Shown here: in pieces, positions 8,736 to 20,235 of the stretch
Position numbering within the stretch: the stretch's first letter is position 1
How the letters are laid out: each line of letters begins with the position of its first letter
Assembly (NCBI GenBank): GCA_031409275.1
Contig: JANNXA010000010.1
Span: 32,001-96,000, forward strand
Direction of reading: 5' to 3'
Length of the DNA: 64,000 nt
Source of the DNA: Planctomycetota bacterium
GTDB taxonomy: Bacteria; Planctomycetota; B15-G4; SIAN01
Notes under the pieces: model-generated
What the model was told of the DNA's origin: nothing
The model's input: the letters and a program-made list of their open reading frames with translations, nothing else
Databases searched by the model: none
Program-made: the position numbers and the translations under genes

Positions 8736-9602
8736 CTATCCCCCGCCGCCTTCGTTGCCCGCCTCTTCCTCATCGCGCCAGTAGCTCTCTTCGGCGCTGG
8801 GAAAAGCGCGCCCCTTGACGTCCGCGGTGTAGCGGCGGAAGGCATCCTGCATCGCGACCCCGAGCTCAGCGTAGCGGCGGACGAAACGCGGGCGGAATCG
8901 AGTGAACAGTCCGAGCAGATCGTGGGACACGAGGATCTGGCCGTCGCAATCGGGGCCCGCACCGATGCCGATCGTCGGGATGCGCAGCGCCGCGGTGACT
9001 TCGCGCGCCAGCTCGACGGGGATCTTCTCGAGGACGACCCCGAACGCGCCCGCGTCCTGCAACGCCCGCGCATCGCGCAGGATCTGCTCGGCCTCGCCGG
9101 TCTCGACGCCACGAGTGCGATACGTACCGAACTTGTGGATCGACTGCGGGGTCAGGCCAAGGTGCCCCATGACCGGGATTCCGGCGTCGACGATGCGGCG
9201 CACGGTCGGGCAGATGATCTCGCCGCCCTCGAGCTTCACCGCCTCGACGAGCGCCTCTTTCATGAAGGCGCCGGCATTGCGCAGCGCCTCCTCGACGCTC
9301 GCCTGGTACGACATGAACGGCAGGTCGCCGATCACCAGCGCGCGCTTGGCCGCCCGCGCCACGACGCTCGCGTGGTAGAGCATCTGCGGCATCGTCATCG
9401 AGATCGTCGTGTCCTGACCGGCGAAGACCATGCCGGCCGAGTCACCGACGAGGATCACGTCGATCCCCGACTCGTCGAGCACGCGCGCCATCAGCCAGTC
9501 GTAGGCCGTGAGCGCCGCGATGCGCTCGCCTTGCGCCTTCATCTCCTGCAGGCGCAAGGTGGTGACCTTGCGGCGGGGCGGCAGCTTCGGCGAGTTGCTC
9601 AT
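8736..9602 (-). CDS. panB: 3-methyl-2-oxobutanoate hydroxymethyltransferase
   Basis: [45 protein letters not shown]. Confidence 0.95.
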   Translation of the reverse strand: MSNSPKLPPRRKVTTLRLQEMKAQGERIAALTAYDWLMARVLDESGIDVILVGDSAGMVFAGQDTTISMTMPQMLYHASVVARAAKRALVIGDLPFMSYQASVEEALRNAGAFMKEALVEAVKLEGGEIICPTVRRIVDAGIPVMGHLGLTPQSIHKFGTYRTRGVETGEAEQILRDARALQDAGAFGVVLEKIPVELAREVTAALRIPTIGIGAGPDCDGQILVSHDLLGLFTRFRPRFVRRYAELGVAMQDAFRRYTADVKGRAFPSAEESYWRDEEEAGNEGGGG

Positions 9603-9630
9603 GCGATGGCGTCATGCCCTTTCAGGCGAT

Positions 9631-10992
9631 TCAAGTCCGGTAGACGGTCAGGCTCGCAGGGGAGTAGCCCCACGAGCCCCCTTCCCACAGCGCGCGCGTC
9701 GCGAGATCGACGATCACCATCACCTGGGTCGCCAGCTCGACCGGCGACTGGGGCGCCGCACGCGTGCGCATGCACTGCAGCCAGTTGAGTCGGAGCAGGT
9801 CCTGGTCGGGCACCTTCTCGTACTTCGCGGACTGCTCTTCGACGACGTCCTGGTAGGTCGGCTCCGGCTTCAGGTCGCAGCCGGTCCCGCTCAGCAGCAG
9901 GTTGGCCTTGTGGCCGCGGATGACCTCATCGACCTCGAGCGCGTTGCACGTCGAGCCGAGCACCTCCATGGTGTGCTCCTTCTCGAACTGCACCAGCAAC
10001 TGCACCTGGTCGTGGTTCTCCATCTGCTTGTCGACGTAGTGGCCGCCGATCGCGCTGACGCGCACGGGCCACCCCGGATCGATGGCCTGCACGAGCGGCG
10101 TGATCTGGTGGACCAGCAGATCCCCGATGATCCCGGTCGACCAGCGTCGATAGCGGCGCCAGCGGTGGTAGACGACGGTGTCGAAGGGCTGCGGTCCGAG
10201 CGGCCCGCACCACGCCTCCCAATCGAGCGCTTCGCCCGGCTGGACGCGCTCGTCGATGGCGTAGTAGTTCCACTCGCCCGCCTTCGAGTTGCGGCAGTAG
10301 CCCGTCTGGCTCGAGACCGGGTGGCCGATCGCCCCTTCGGCGATGAGGCGCCGTGCCTCGGCGTACTTGGGCTTCATCACGTACTGCGTGCCGATCTGGA
10401 CGATGCGATCGCTGCCGCGCTGCTCTCGCCACAGGTCGAACGCCTGCTCGAGCCGCAGCGTCATCGGCTTCTCGACGTAGACGTCCTTGCCCGCGCGCAG
10501 CGCCTCGATGGCCATCTGCGAGTGCCAATGCTCTGGCGAGGCGATCAGGACGCCCTGCAGATCCGGGTGACGCAGCAGTTCGCGGTAGTCGCGATAGCCC
10601 TTCACGTCGAACGGCTGGCCATTCTCGCCCTGCTCGCGCGCGCAAAGTTCGACGGCCTCGTCGAGCCGCGGCTTGCAGACGTCGGCCACCGCGACCACGC
10701 GGACGTTCTCCTTGCCTTCCTTGTGGAAGGCGAGGAAACGCTCGCAGTGGTGCTTGCCCATGCCGCCGACGCCGATCACTCCGATCTTCAACTGCGGCTC
10801 CGGCCGCGGCGGCGGAGCAGGCGGCGCGGGCGTCTCCGGCTGCGGCGCAGGCGGCGTCTCCTGCGCCCGAGCCCCGCGCGAAAGCGAGAGCAACGACGCC
10901 GCGGCAGCGCTCGATCCGAGCAGGAAATCGCGACGCGACGGCGTCGGCAGACTCGGACGAGGAAGCGGATCGCGGGTCGAGCGAGGGTTCAT
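9631..10992 (-). CDS. Tat-exported Gfo/Idh/MocA family oxidoreductase
   Basis: SRRDFL Tat motif, IGVIGVGGMG, IASPEHWH, VYVEKPM. Start taken at ATG 10992. Confidence 0.88.
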   Translation of the reverse strand: MNPRSTRDPLPRPSLPTPSRRDFLLGSSAAAASLLSLSRGARAQETPPAPQPETPAPPAPPPRPEPQLKIGVIGVGGMGKHHCERFLAFHKEGKENVRVVAVADVCKPRLDEAVELCAREQGENGQPFDVKGYRDYRELLRHPDLQGVLIASPEHWHSQMAIEALRAGKDVYVEKPMTLRLEQAFDLWREQRGSDRIVQIGTQYVMKPKYAEARRLIAEGAIGHPVSSQTGYCRNSKAGEWNYYAIDERVQPGEALDWEAWCGPLGPQPFDTVVYHRWRRYRRWSTGIIGDLLVHQITPLVQAIDPGWPVRVSAIGGHYVDKQMENHDQVQLLVQFEKEHTMEVLGSTCNALEVDEVIRGHKANLLLSGTGCDLKPEPTYQDVVEEQSAKYEKVPDQDLLRLNWLQCMRTRAAPQSPVELATQVMVIVDLATRALWEGGSWGYSPASLTVYRT

Positions 10993-11086
10993 CGCTGGGA
11001 TCGCCTTGGCGCCGTAGCAGTAGAGCGGCGTGGGCGATGACCATAAGGAATGGCCGCCGCAGCCGATACGGCGCCTCCGTCGGGGG

Positions 11087-11713
11087 TCATGCCGGCCGGT
11101 ACGCGCGCCCGGCGCCGCCTTCGGGCGGGAGCACGACCAACGCTCGCAATCGTCGGCGCGCACGCGACAACCGTTGCTTGACACCGTCGCGCGAGATCCC
11201 GGTTCGCTCCGCGAGTTCCTGGCAGCTCAGTCCGATGTAGTGGTGACCGATCAGCAAGGCGCGATCGCCGGCGCGCAGCCGCGCGAGCGCGTGGCGGAGC
11301 CCCTCGCTCCAGGTCGCGCGCTCGAGAATCGCCTCCTCCGCTTCGAGGCGCGAGGTCTCGGCGACCAGCATCCCGGGCGCTTCGGCGACATCGGTGAGCT
11401 CGACCACCATGCCCTCGCGCCGGCGCGCGCGACGTCGGTGCCAGTCGAGCGCCACGTGCCACGCGATCCGCATCAACCACGCCGACGCCGCCTGCGGCTC
11501 GCGCAGTTTCGCGGCCTGCACCACACCGCGCAGCAGCGTCTCCTGGGTGAGGTCCTCGGCCACGTGATGGTCGCGCACTCGCGCGATGAGGAAGCGGAGG
11601 ATCTGCGGACGCAGCGGCATGAATGCGTTGGCGGCGATCTCCCAACCGGTACGGTCGGTCCGCAGTTGATGGTCCATCGAGGTCGCTCCGGAGCGCTTGG
11701 GCGGCGACTCCAT
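11087..11713 (-). CDS. ECF RNA polymerase sigma factor
   Basis: Region 2 AEDLTQETLL...AWLMRIAWHVALDWHR, region 4 GLSCQELAERTGISRDGVKQRLSRAR. Start is 11713 or 11677. Confidence 0.85.
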   Translation of the reverse strand: MESPPKRSGATSMDHQLRTDRTGWEIAANAFMPLRPQILRFLIARVRDHHVAEDLTQETLLRGVVQAAKLREPQAASAWLMRIAWHVALDWHRRRARRREGMVVELTDVAEAPGMLVAETSRLEAEEAILERATWSEGLRHALARLRAGDRALLIGHHYIGLSCQELAERTGISRDGVKQRLSRARRRLRALVVLPPEGGAGRAYRPA

Positions 11714-11735
11714 CAACGACGCCGCGCGCCTCCGT

Positions 11736-12380
11736 TCACTTCGAAACTCGCAGCGCCCTTCGGATCGAGCTCGCGGCCGCCTCTGGATCCGCTGCCAGCA
11801 GCAGCGCCGAGGAGACGGCGACGCGACGAATTCCCTGCGCCACCAGCGAGGCGACGTTGTCGGGAGTGATGCCGCCGATCGCGAACAGGGGCCGCGTCGC
11901 CGACGCCGCAGCGGCGGCCAGCTCGGCGCGGGCAAGGACGCGATGATCGCGCTTCGTGGTCGTCACGAAACAGGCGCCGAGGCCGAAGTGGGTCGCGCTG
12001 CTCTCCTGCCCCGCCACGAGCTCGGCTTGCGAGTGAGTGGAAAGACCGATCCACGCTGTCGGGCCGAGCCGTGCGCGTGCCGACCCGACTGGCAGATCGC
12101 CCTGCCCGAGGTGGACCCCCACCACGGTCTCGCCCAGCGCGACCGCGGCGTCCACATCGTCGTTCATCAGCAGCGGAACGCCGCGCGGTTCGGTGATCTC
12201 CGCGACCGCACGCGCAAAGTCGATTCGCCCCGCCGTCGAAACCTCCTTCGCGCGGAGCTGCACGAGATCAACGCCACCCGCTAGCGCGCTTCGCAGCGCT
12301 CGCTCCCACGGGACCGACGGGTCGCTCGGATCGAGGAGGAGCTGAAGGTAGCACCCATCGATCGATATCCGCACTTTCAT
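11736..12380 (-). CDS. thiE: Thiamine-phosphate synthase
   Basis: VQLRAK, MNDDVD, GVHLGQGDL, IGLSTHS, TTTK, FAIGGI. Confidence 0.9.
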   Translation of the reverse strand: MKVRISIDGCYLQLLLDPSDPSVPWERALRSALAGGVDLVQLRAKEVSTAGRIDFARAVAEITEPRGVPLLMNDDVDAAVALGETVVGVHLGQGDLPVGSARARLGPTAWIGLSTHSQAELVAGQESSATHFGLGACFVTTTKRDHRVLARAELAAAAASATRPLFAIGGITPDNVASLVAQGIRRVAVSSALLLAADPEAAASSIRRALRVSK

Positions 12381-12573
12381 GGCACCCCCGCTCGCCTCGC
12401 GGACCGAAACTCACCGACCACGGAAAAGTTCGGATTCAGCTACACGCTACCGTCGATCGCGGCAGCCGCCGGCGCCCACCCTGGGGCCTGCCAATTTGAC
12501 GCAACGCGATCGGCCAGTTTCGTCGCCGAGGACACTTTGTCCGTGCCGCGGGCCGCAGTCGGCATCGCCGCGG

Positions 12574-12588
12574 TGGCACCAAGTTTGC
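12574..12588 (+). promoter_or_regulatory. Sigma-54 (-24/-12) promoter
   Basis: TGGCAC-caagt-TTGC is an exact TGGCAC-N5-TTGC match, 66 bp upstream of the response-regulator ATG. Confidence 0.65.
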
Positions 12589-12654
12589 CAACACCGATGA
12601 AGACGCTTCGGGAAGCGCTGTATCGCTGGCCGACACTCTCCAGCGGTCTTCCAC

Positions 12655-13080
12655 ATGGAACTGCAAGCAAACGACAAGCTTCGACTACTCGTCGCCGACG
12701 ACGATCAGAACCTTCGTGAAGCGCTGGGTGAGTTCTTCGCCCGTGAAGGCTTCGCAGTGGAACTGGCGGCGTCGGGACTCGAAGCCATCGACTTGTTGCA
12801 GCGGCGACTCTTCGACGTGTCGGTCCTGGATGGCCACATGCCTGGCCTGACAGGACCGCAGGTGCTGCGCCGGCTGCTCGCCGACCGCGGTCTGGCGGCC
12901 ATCCCGCCGACCGTCCTCGTCTCCTCGGATGTCGCCATCGAGACGTGGGTACGCGAGCAGTTCGGCGCGCGCGACGGCGTGCCGTCGACGGTCGGCTTCT
13001 TGAGCAAGCCGATTCGCCTCGACGCACTTCGTCGCTCGATCCAGCTCCTGCTTGGTCGGCCGCCCGCGGCGCAGCGCTGA
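12655..13080 (+). CDS. Single-domain response regulator (receiver only)
   Basis: LLVADDD, phospho-acceptor VLDGHMPG, FLSKP. No output domain. Confidence 0.88.
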   Translation: MELQANDKLRLLVADDDQNLREALGEFFAREGFAVELAASGLEAIDLLQRRLFDVSVLDGHMPGLTGPQVLRRLLADRGLAAIPPTVLVSSDVAIETWVREQFGARDGVPSTVGFLSKPIRLDALRRSIQLLLGRPPAAQR

Positions 13081-13234
13081 GCGCTCGTCCGCTGGAGGTC
13101 GTGTTGCCTGGCACTGCCGCGGCCCGCCCGCGCGAATCGCGCGATCGGCGCCGTTGTTTGGTTCGAGATGGACGATTCCGAGAGCGGCGGGCGCGATGCG
13201 CCTCGCACGCCAGAAGAAGAGGAGAACGAAAGCG

Positions 13235-13555
13235 ATGGCGAAGACCGCGACCAAGTCCCCCGCCACCACCAAGGTCAAGCCGCTCGGCGAGAACGTCCTG
13301 GTGCGTCGGATCGAGGCTGAAGAGCGCACCGCGGGAGGCATCCTGCTGCCCGACTCCGCCAAGGAGAAGCCGAAGGAAGGCGTCGTCGTCGCCGTGGGCG
13401 ACGGCAAGTTGCTCGACGACGGCAAGCGCGCAGCTTTCTCGGTTGCCACCGGCAACCGCGTCATCTTCTCGAGCCACGCCGGCAACGAGGTGAAGGTCGA
13501 CGGGCAGGACTACCTGCTGATCGCCGAGCGCGACATCCTCGCGATCGTCGAGTGA
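13235..13555 (+). CDS. groES: Co-chaperonin GroES
   Basis: KPLGENVLV, TAGGILLPDSAKEKP, VVAVGDG, ERDILAIVE. ATG 13235 follows AGGAG. Confidence 0.95.
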   Translation: MAKTATKSPATTKVKPLGENVLVRRIEAEERTAGGILLPDSAKEKPKEGVVVAVGDGKLLDDGKRAAFSVATGNRVIFSSHAGNEVKVDGQDYLLIAERDILAIVE

Positions 13556-13599
13556 CCCGCGCGCACCTCCCGAAAACCTGAAACGGAGATCCCCCAGCA

Positions 13600-15255
<1,656 letters not shown>

Positions 15256-15300
15256 GCCGCAACGGGGCGTCGAACGCGACGCCTCGACGATCGGAACTCT

Positions 15301-15341
15301 CGGGCCCGCGTCGGCAATCCGGCGCGGGCCCGTTCCGTTCT
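15301..15341 (+). terminator. Intrinsic terminator-like hairpin between groEL and a convergent gene
   Basis: CGGGCCCGCGTCGG-caat-CCGGCGCGGGCCCG followed by TTCCGTTCT. Confidence 0.6.
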
Positions 15342-15349
15342 GCGGTCGC

Positions 15350-15751
15350 TCAGCCCGCGGCGCCCTCGGCGAACGCGTTCTTGCTCTTCGCCATCTGCAC
15401 GCCCTGCTCGTAGTTGCGCTGCTCGCGCTCGAGCACATGGCGGTCGAGGAAGCCGAGTTCGACGATGCAGTCGGCCAGCGTCGGCGTTGCCGACTGCTGC
15501 TCGCGCAGCAGATCCTCGATCTGCTCGTCGGTCATCAGCCCTTCGCGCGTCGCGGCCTCGCCAAAGCGCAGCTTCAACTGCTCCGACAGGCTGATCACGC
15601 CGAGCACCTGGCCCCACGTGAGCCAGCCGCGATGGACCGCGAGCTCACCGAGGTGCGGGCGGCTGCGGGCCTGGTTCTTCAGCACCTGCAGCACCGCACG
15701 CGGAGTCAGCAGTCGGCGCAGCACGAGGTATTCACCAAATCCGGTCGACAT
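15350..15751 (-). CDS. Small protein of tandem MshEN-like motifs
   Basis: FGEYLVLRRLLTPRAVLQVLKNQ, LGELAVHRGWLT, RFGEAATREGLMTDEQIEDLLREQ, LADCIVELGFLD. Confidence 0.7.
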   Translation of the reverse strand: MSTGFGEYLVLRRLLTPRAVLQVLKNQARSRPHLGELAVHRGWLTWGQVLGVISLSEQLKLRFGEAATREGLMTDEQIEDLLREQQSATPTLADCIVELGFLDRHVLEREQRNYEQGVQMAKSKNAFAEGAAG

Positions 15752-15873
15752 CTCGATCTCCAGTGAGCCCTGCGCTCCGAAAAGAGTTCGGAGGGCCCGT
15801 CCCGGAGATCGGCACGATCGAGCGACGACTTGAGAAGAATCTTCCGACGCCCGAGGCGGGGCGGCGACCCCTC

Positions 15874-16308
15874 TCAGCTGCCCGCACCGCGGATGTACGC
15901 CGAGAGGTGCTCGACCTCGGCCTCGCGCTCGAGCAGATCGGACTGCAGGAAGTCGCGCAGCGACAGGCAACCGAGCACCCGCCCGCCCTCGACCACCGGC
16001 AAATGGCGGCAGCGCTGCGATCGCAATCGCGCCTCGCACTCGGGGACGCTGTCGTCGAGCCCGCAGGTCACGATTTCACGCGTCATCACGTCGGCGACGC
16101 GTGTCCGATCGGGATCGCACCCTGCAGCGAGCACGCGGTAGACGAGGTCGCGCTCAGAGCAGAAGCCGACCGCGAGACCGTGCTCGACGACGGGTGCACC
16201 GCCGATGCGTTTCCAGCGCAGGAAGCGCGCGGCTTCGACGACTGAGATTTCGCTGGACAGGACAATGGGAGCCGGGCGATTTCGGAGAAGGTCACGGACG
16301 TACAGCAT
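15874..16308 (-). CDS. CBS-domain pair protein
   Basis: VVEAARFL..KRIGGAPVV, SERDL, VADVMT, RHLPVV, LSLRD. ATG 16308 follows AAGGAG. Confidence 0.88.
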   Translation of the reverse strand: MLYVRDLLRNRPAPIVLSSEISVVEAARFLRWKRIGGAPVVEHGLAVGFCSERDLVYRVLAAGCDPDRTRVADVMTREIVTCGLDDSVPECEARLRSQRCRHLPVVEGGRVLGCLSLRDFLQSDLLEREAEVEHLSAYIRGAGS

Positions 16309-16474
16309 GCGCGTCTCCTTCCAACCCAGCTGCTTCGAATAGACCTCGTTTGCGATAGCGCAATTGTGCGGAAAAAGCTCTACCCCCACCATTCGCGACC
16401 TTCTTGGCCGCTCCCTACGATGCCGCGCCTTCGACCCTTCCCGCTGCTTGCCAGACGCTGGCGGAGCCTCGACC

Positions 16475-17688
16475 ATGCGAAGCTGGATGCCTGCCATCGC
16501 GACGGCGCTCGGGGCATCCTCGGCGAGCGGCCAGCAGCCGGCGCCGCTCGCGCGCCCCGAGGCGACCTTCGCCAACGACGCCGCCTTCCTCGCCGAGCAC
16601 GCCGACGTGGTGCTGCTCAATGCACGTTCGACCGACGCGCGCAGCTCAAGGCCCCGGGGGCCGGAGTCGTGGCGGTCTCGCCGAAGCTGAGCGGGCGCGT
16701 GATGACCAGCGCGATGCGGCCAGAGGCTCCCGGTTTCGGACTCGTCTACCGCGAGGCCATCAGCGGCCGGCACGTCGAACGCGGCTTCAACAACTTCGGT
16801 GGCGAAGATCGCCTCTGGTTTGCGCCGGAGGGCGGGCCGTGGGGGCTCTTCTTCGAACCGGGACAGCCGCAAGAGCTGGCGAACTGGTTCGTGCCTGCAG
16901 CGATGGACGGCACCCCGCGCCGGATCGCCGCGCAAGACGCGACCTCGATCACGTTCCACGATCGCATCGCGCTCAAGAACGTGAAGGGCGCCGCGTTCGA
17001 CCTCGACATCGAACGGCGCATCGATGCACTGTCGCGTCGGGAGATCGCCGCCCTGCTCGAAGCGGTGCCGCTGCCCGACGGGCTCGAGGTCGTCGGCTTC
17101 CGCAGCACCAACATGGTGCAGGAGCTCTCCACTCGGCGCCTCGGCGACGACGCCGTGATCGCGCCGTGGGTGCTCGGCCAGTTCAAGCCATCGGCGCGCA
17201 CCGAAGTCCTCTTCCCATTCCAGGGCGACGCGTCGGTCCTGAAGCGCGACTACTTCGGCGAAGTCCCGGCCGAGCGGCTCGCCGTGCGGCTCTTCCCCGA
17301 AGGTGGCGGCGGTGTGGCGCGCTTCAAGGCGGACGCGCAGTTGCGCTCCAAGATCGGCGTTTCGGCGGCCGGCGCGACCGGCTGGGTCGGCGCCTTCGAC
17401 TCGTTGCGCCACGTGCTCACGCTGGTGCACCACACGGTGGCGCCGAGCGACGCCAAGGTGCCCGACTGCAACTGGCTCGACCCCAATCCGCGCGCCGCGA
17501 AGGGCGACGTCGTCACCAGCTACAACCACGGCCAGGAGCCGCGCTTCTTCGAGCTCGAGTCGATCGGCGCCGCGCTGGCGCCCGGTCCTCTAGCGAGTGT
17601 CGTGCACGTCCACACGACGCTGCATCTGAGCGGGGACGCGGCGACCCTGGTCGCACTCGCAAAGCGCTACCTGCAGACGGAGCCGTGA
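16475..17688 (+). pseudogene. DUF6786-like secreted protein, frameshifted by a 29-bp insertion at 16621-16649
   Basis: The N-part (MRSWMP...FANDAAFLAEHADVVLL) and C-part (KAPGAGVVAVSPKLSGRVMTS...FGGEDRLWFAPEGG...FFELES) are in different frames. Removing 29 bp gives a 394-aa ORF. Family name recalled, not searched. Confidence 0.7.
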
Positions 17689-17851
17689 ACGAAGCGCCGT
17701 CGGCGGGCGCATCCGTGCGAGAACGACGGCGGACCGATCTGCGCGCGTGGGCGCCGATCGGTCCGCGAAGGATCGAGCGTCGTCGCGAGCAGGGACGGCG
17801 CGCGCGGCGAGACCGCCGCGCCGATCGCCTGCACGCGTCAGTCTCGCAGCG

Positions 17852-18130
17852 TCACTTCTTCTGCGTGGCCTGCAGGCGATTGATGCTGCGCGACAGCCGC
17901 GACTTCTTGTTCGACGCGGTGTTGTCGTGGATCACCGCCGCCTTGGCCGCCTTGTCGATCGCCTTCATCGCGTCCGGCAGGAGCTTCTGCGCGCCCGCAA
18001 GATCACCCTTCTCGACCGCCGCGAGGAGCTTCTTGGTGGTGCTCTTGATGCGGGAGGTCGCCGCGACGTTGCGCTCGCGGCGCTTGATCATCTTGCGGTA
18101 GTTCTTCTTGGCTGATTCTGTGTGCGCCAT
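17852..18130 (-). CDS. rpsT: 30S ribosomal protein S20
   Basis: MAHTESAKK...IDKAAKAAVIHDNTASNKKSRL, 92 aa, basic. Confidence 0.93.
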   Translation of the reverse strand: MAHTESAKKNYRKMIKRRERNVAATSRIKSTTKKLLAAVEKGDLAGAQKLLPDAMKAIDKAAKAAVIHDNTASNKKSRLSRSINRLQATQKK

Positions 18131-18166
18131 GTCAGTCCTTCGTACTCCGTGGGTCGTGCGCGCGGG

Positions 18167-19522
18167 TCACGTGCGCAACGTCTCGATCTTCTTGGCAACG
18201 TCCCGGTAGTGGATGTCGACCTCGTAGATGCGCGAATAGTGCTGGAACGCTTGAGCCGGCTTGCCGGCCTGCTCTGCGACGAGGCCGAGATTGTACAGGA
18301 TCGACTTGCCGCGCTCGCCGGCGGGGGTGGCTTCCTCGAGCGCCGTCTCGAGCTGCTTGGCCGCCATTTCGAGCAGCCCCTTCTTCTGGAAGCAGGCGGC
18401 CAGCCGCATCAGCGAGTCGCTGCGCGTCTTCGGGTCCTTGATGGAGCGCTGGAAGGCCGCAATGGCGTCGTCGAGTTGCCCCTGCTCGTGCATCGTGCGC
18501 CCGAGCTGGAACCAGAGCGCGAGGTCGGTCGGCCGTTCCTCGACCCGGCGGCGATATTCGGCCGCCTCGAGCTCCCGCTGGTCCTTCTGGAGCAGCGCGA
18601 GGTCCTCGCGGAAGTTGGCGTTCTCCTCCGTGGCGAGGCGCTCTTCGAGCTTCTTGATCTCCCGCGCCACCGCCTGCAGCTGCAGGTCGCCGATGCGGTC
18701 TTTCAGCTCGCTGGCGTTGTCGTCGAAGGCGAGGGCCTCCTTGAGGATGCGCTCCGCCTCGCTCCACTCTTCGCGCTTGGCCACCAGTTCGGCGAGCCGG
18801 CGCCGCGCGCGGCCGTCCTTGGCGTTCTGCTGCAGAGCGGCGCGAACCTCCCGCTCCTCCTCCGCGAGGTCATCCGCGGTCTTGTGGATGCGCGAATCAC
18901 GTTCGAGGCGCGCCTGCGTCGCGACGTCGCGCACGAGGTCGCGCGAGGAGCGGGCGGTCTCGTAGGCCCCCTTCTTCAGCGTGACGTCGGCCGCAAGGTT
19001 CTTGCGCATGCGGTCGGCTTCGGCGTCCTTCGGATCCGCCTTCAGCGCCCGTTCGAGGCATTCGAGCGCCTGCTCGGCGCGCCCCTTCTGCGCGTGGCCC
19101 GCGGCGGCGCGCTTCCATGGCATCGACAGCTTGGGCTCCGCCTCGCCGAGCGCTTCGAAGACGGCGACCGCCGCGTCGCACAGCCCGGTGGCAAGGAGCG
19201 CGTCGCCGAGATTCAGGTAGGCGTCGGGATTGAGCGGGTCCTGCGCGAGGTACTTCTCGAGCGCGCGCGCCTTGCCGCCGCCGCTCTTGGCGAGCCCGCT
19301 CACCGCGGCGGACAACTTGTGCGGCGAACCGCCGAGCTTGGCGAGCCAGCTGCTGCCGCCCTTCTTCTCCGCCTTCTGCCGGATCGCCTGGCACCAGAGG
19401 CGCCGCGCCGCGCCGTGGTCGGGCTGCAGCGAGATCACCTGCTCGAGCAGGTTCTCCGCATAGTCGAAGTTCTTCTTGCGGAGAGCTTCCTCGGCCTTGG
19501 CGATGTGATTCGTGACGTCCAT
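18167..19522 (-). CDS. Tetratricopeptide repeat protein
   Basis: Many TPR-like helices (AYLNLGDALL, LWFQLGRTM, ILYNLGLV). C-terminal YEVDIHYRDV. Start ATG 19522. Confidence 0.85.
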   Translation of the reverse strand: MDVTNHIAKAEEALRKKNFDYAENLLEQVISLQPDHGAARRLWCQAIRQKAEKKGGSSWLAKLGGSPHKLSAAVSGLAKSGGGKARALEKYLAQDPLNPDAYLNLGDALLATGLCDAAVAVFEALGEAEPKLSMPWKRAAAGHAQKGRAEQALECLERALKADPKDAEADRMRKNLAADVTLKKGAYETARSSRDLVRDVATQARLERDSRIHKTADDLAEEEREVRAALQQNAKDGRARRRLAELVAKREEWSEAERILKEALAFDDNASELKDRIGDLQLQAVAREIKKLEERLATEENANFREDLALLQKDQRELEAAEYRRRVEERPTDLALWFQLGRTMHEQGQLDDAIAAFQRSIKDPKTRSDSLMRLAACFQKKGLLEMAAKQLETALEEATPAGERGKSILYNLGLVAEQAGKPAQAFQHYSRIYEVDIHYRDVAKKIETLRT

Positions 19523-19725
19523 GCAGCCTTGCGCGCGCGCCTTCCCGCCGTCGGGGAAGCGCCCGAAAAAATGGGCCGCGGAGCCTATCCCCGCTCGGCA
19601 AGGGTGTCCATGCACCCCCTCGCGGTAGGCCCGGCGCCGGCTAAACGTAACGCGCCGTTCAGCGCGGACGCCCCCGGCTGGCCCGACGGTCCCCGACTTG
19701 AGCGTCCCATCTTTCACGAGAGCCC

Positions 19726-20235
19726 ATGGAAGTCGTCGTCTACCCCGACCCCCGCCTCCTGCAGAAGACCGCGCCGATCGCTGCGGTCGACGCCGACGTT
19801 CGGACCCGGGTCGCCGAGATGTTCCGCCTGATGTACGCCGACCGCGGAGTCGGCCTCGCCGCCCCTCAGGTCGGCTGGAACGCCCGCCTGTTCGTCATGA
19901 ACGAGAGCGGCGACCCGAACCAGAAAGAGCACGAGCGCGTCTTCATCAACCCGCGCCTGATCAAGCGCGCCGGCAAGGTGAGCGGCGAAGAGGGATGCCT
20001 CTCCTTTCCCGGGATCTACATCGAGGTCGATCGCGCCCGTTACATCACCATCGAGTGGCAGGACCTCGACGGAGCACTCCATCGCGCCGACTGGTCGGAA
20101 TGGCCGGCCCGGATCTTCCAGCACGAGCATGACCACCTCGAGAACGTCCTGCTGTTCCATCGCATGACCGAAGCCGACCGCATGCAGAACGCGGAGGCGC
20201 TCGAAGAGCTGCGTCGCAACTACCAGGAGGCGTGA
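19726..20235 (+). CDS. def: Peptide deformylase
   Basis: GVGLAAPQVG, EGCLS, QHEHDHL. Confidence 0.95.
   Translation: MEVVVYPDPRLLQKTAPIAAVDADVRTRVAEMFRLMYADRGVGLAAPQVGWNARLFVMNESGDPNQKEHERVFINPRLIKRAGKVSGEEGCLSFPGIYIEVDRARYITIEWQDLDGALHRADWSEWPARIFQHEHDHLENVLLFHRMTEADRMQNAEALEELRRNYQEA

Noticed and set aside
12381..12560. TPP riboswitch upstream of thiE
   Set aside because: The conserved CTGAGA and ACCTGA...GGGA elements were not found in the right arrangement on the minus strand.
13081..13234. CIRCE/HrcA operator upstream of groES
   Set aside because: No TTAGCACTC-N9-GAGTGCTAA-like inverted repeat, only an isolated TGGCACT.
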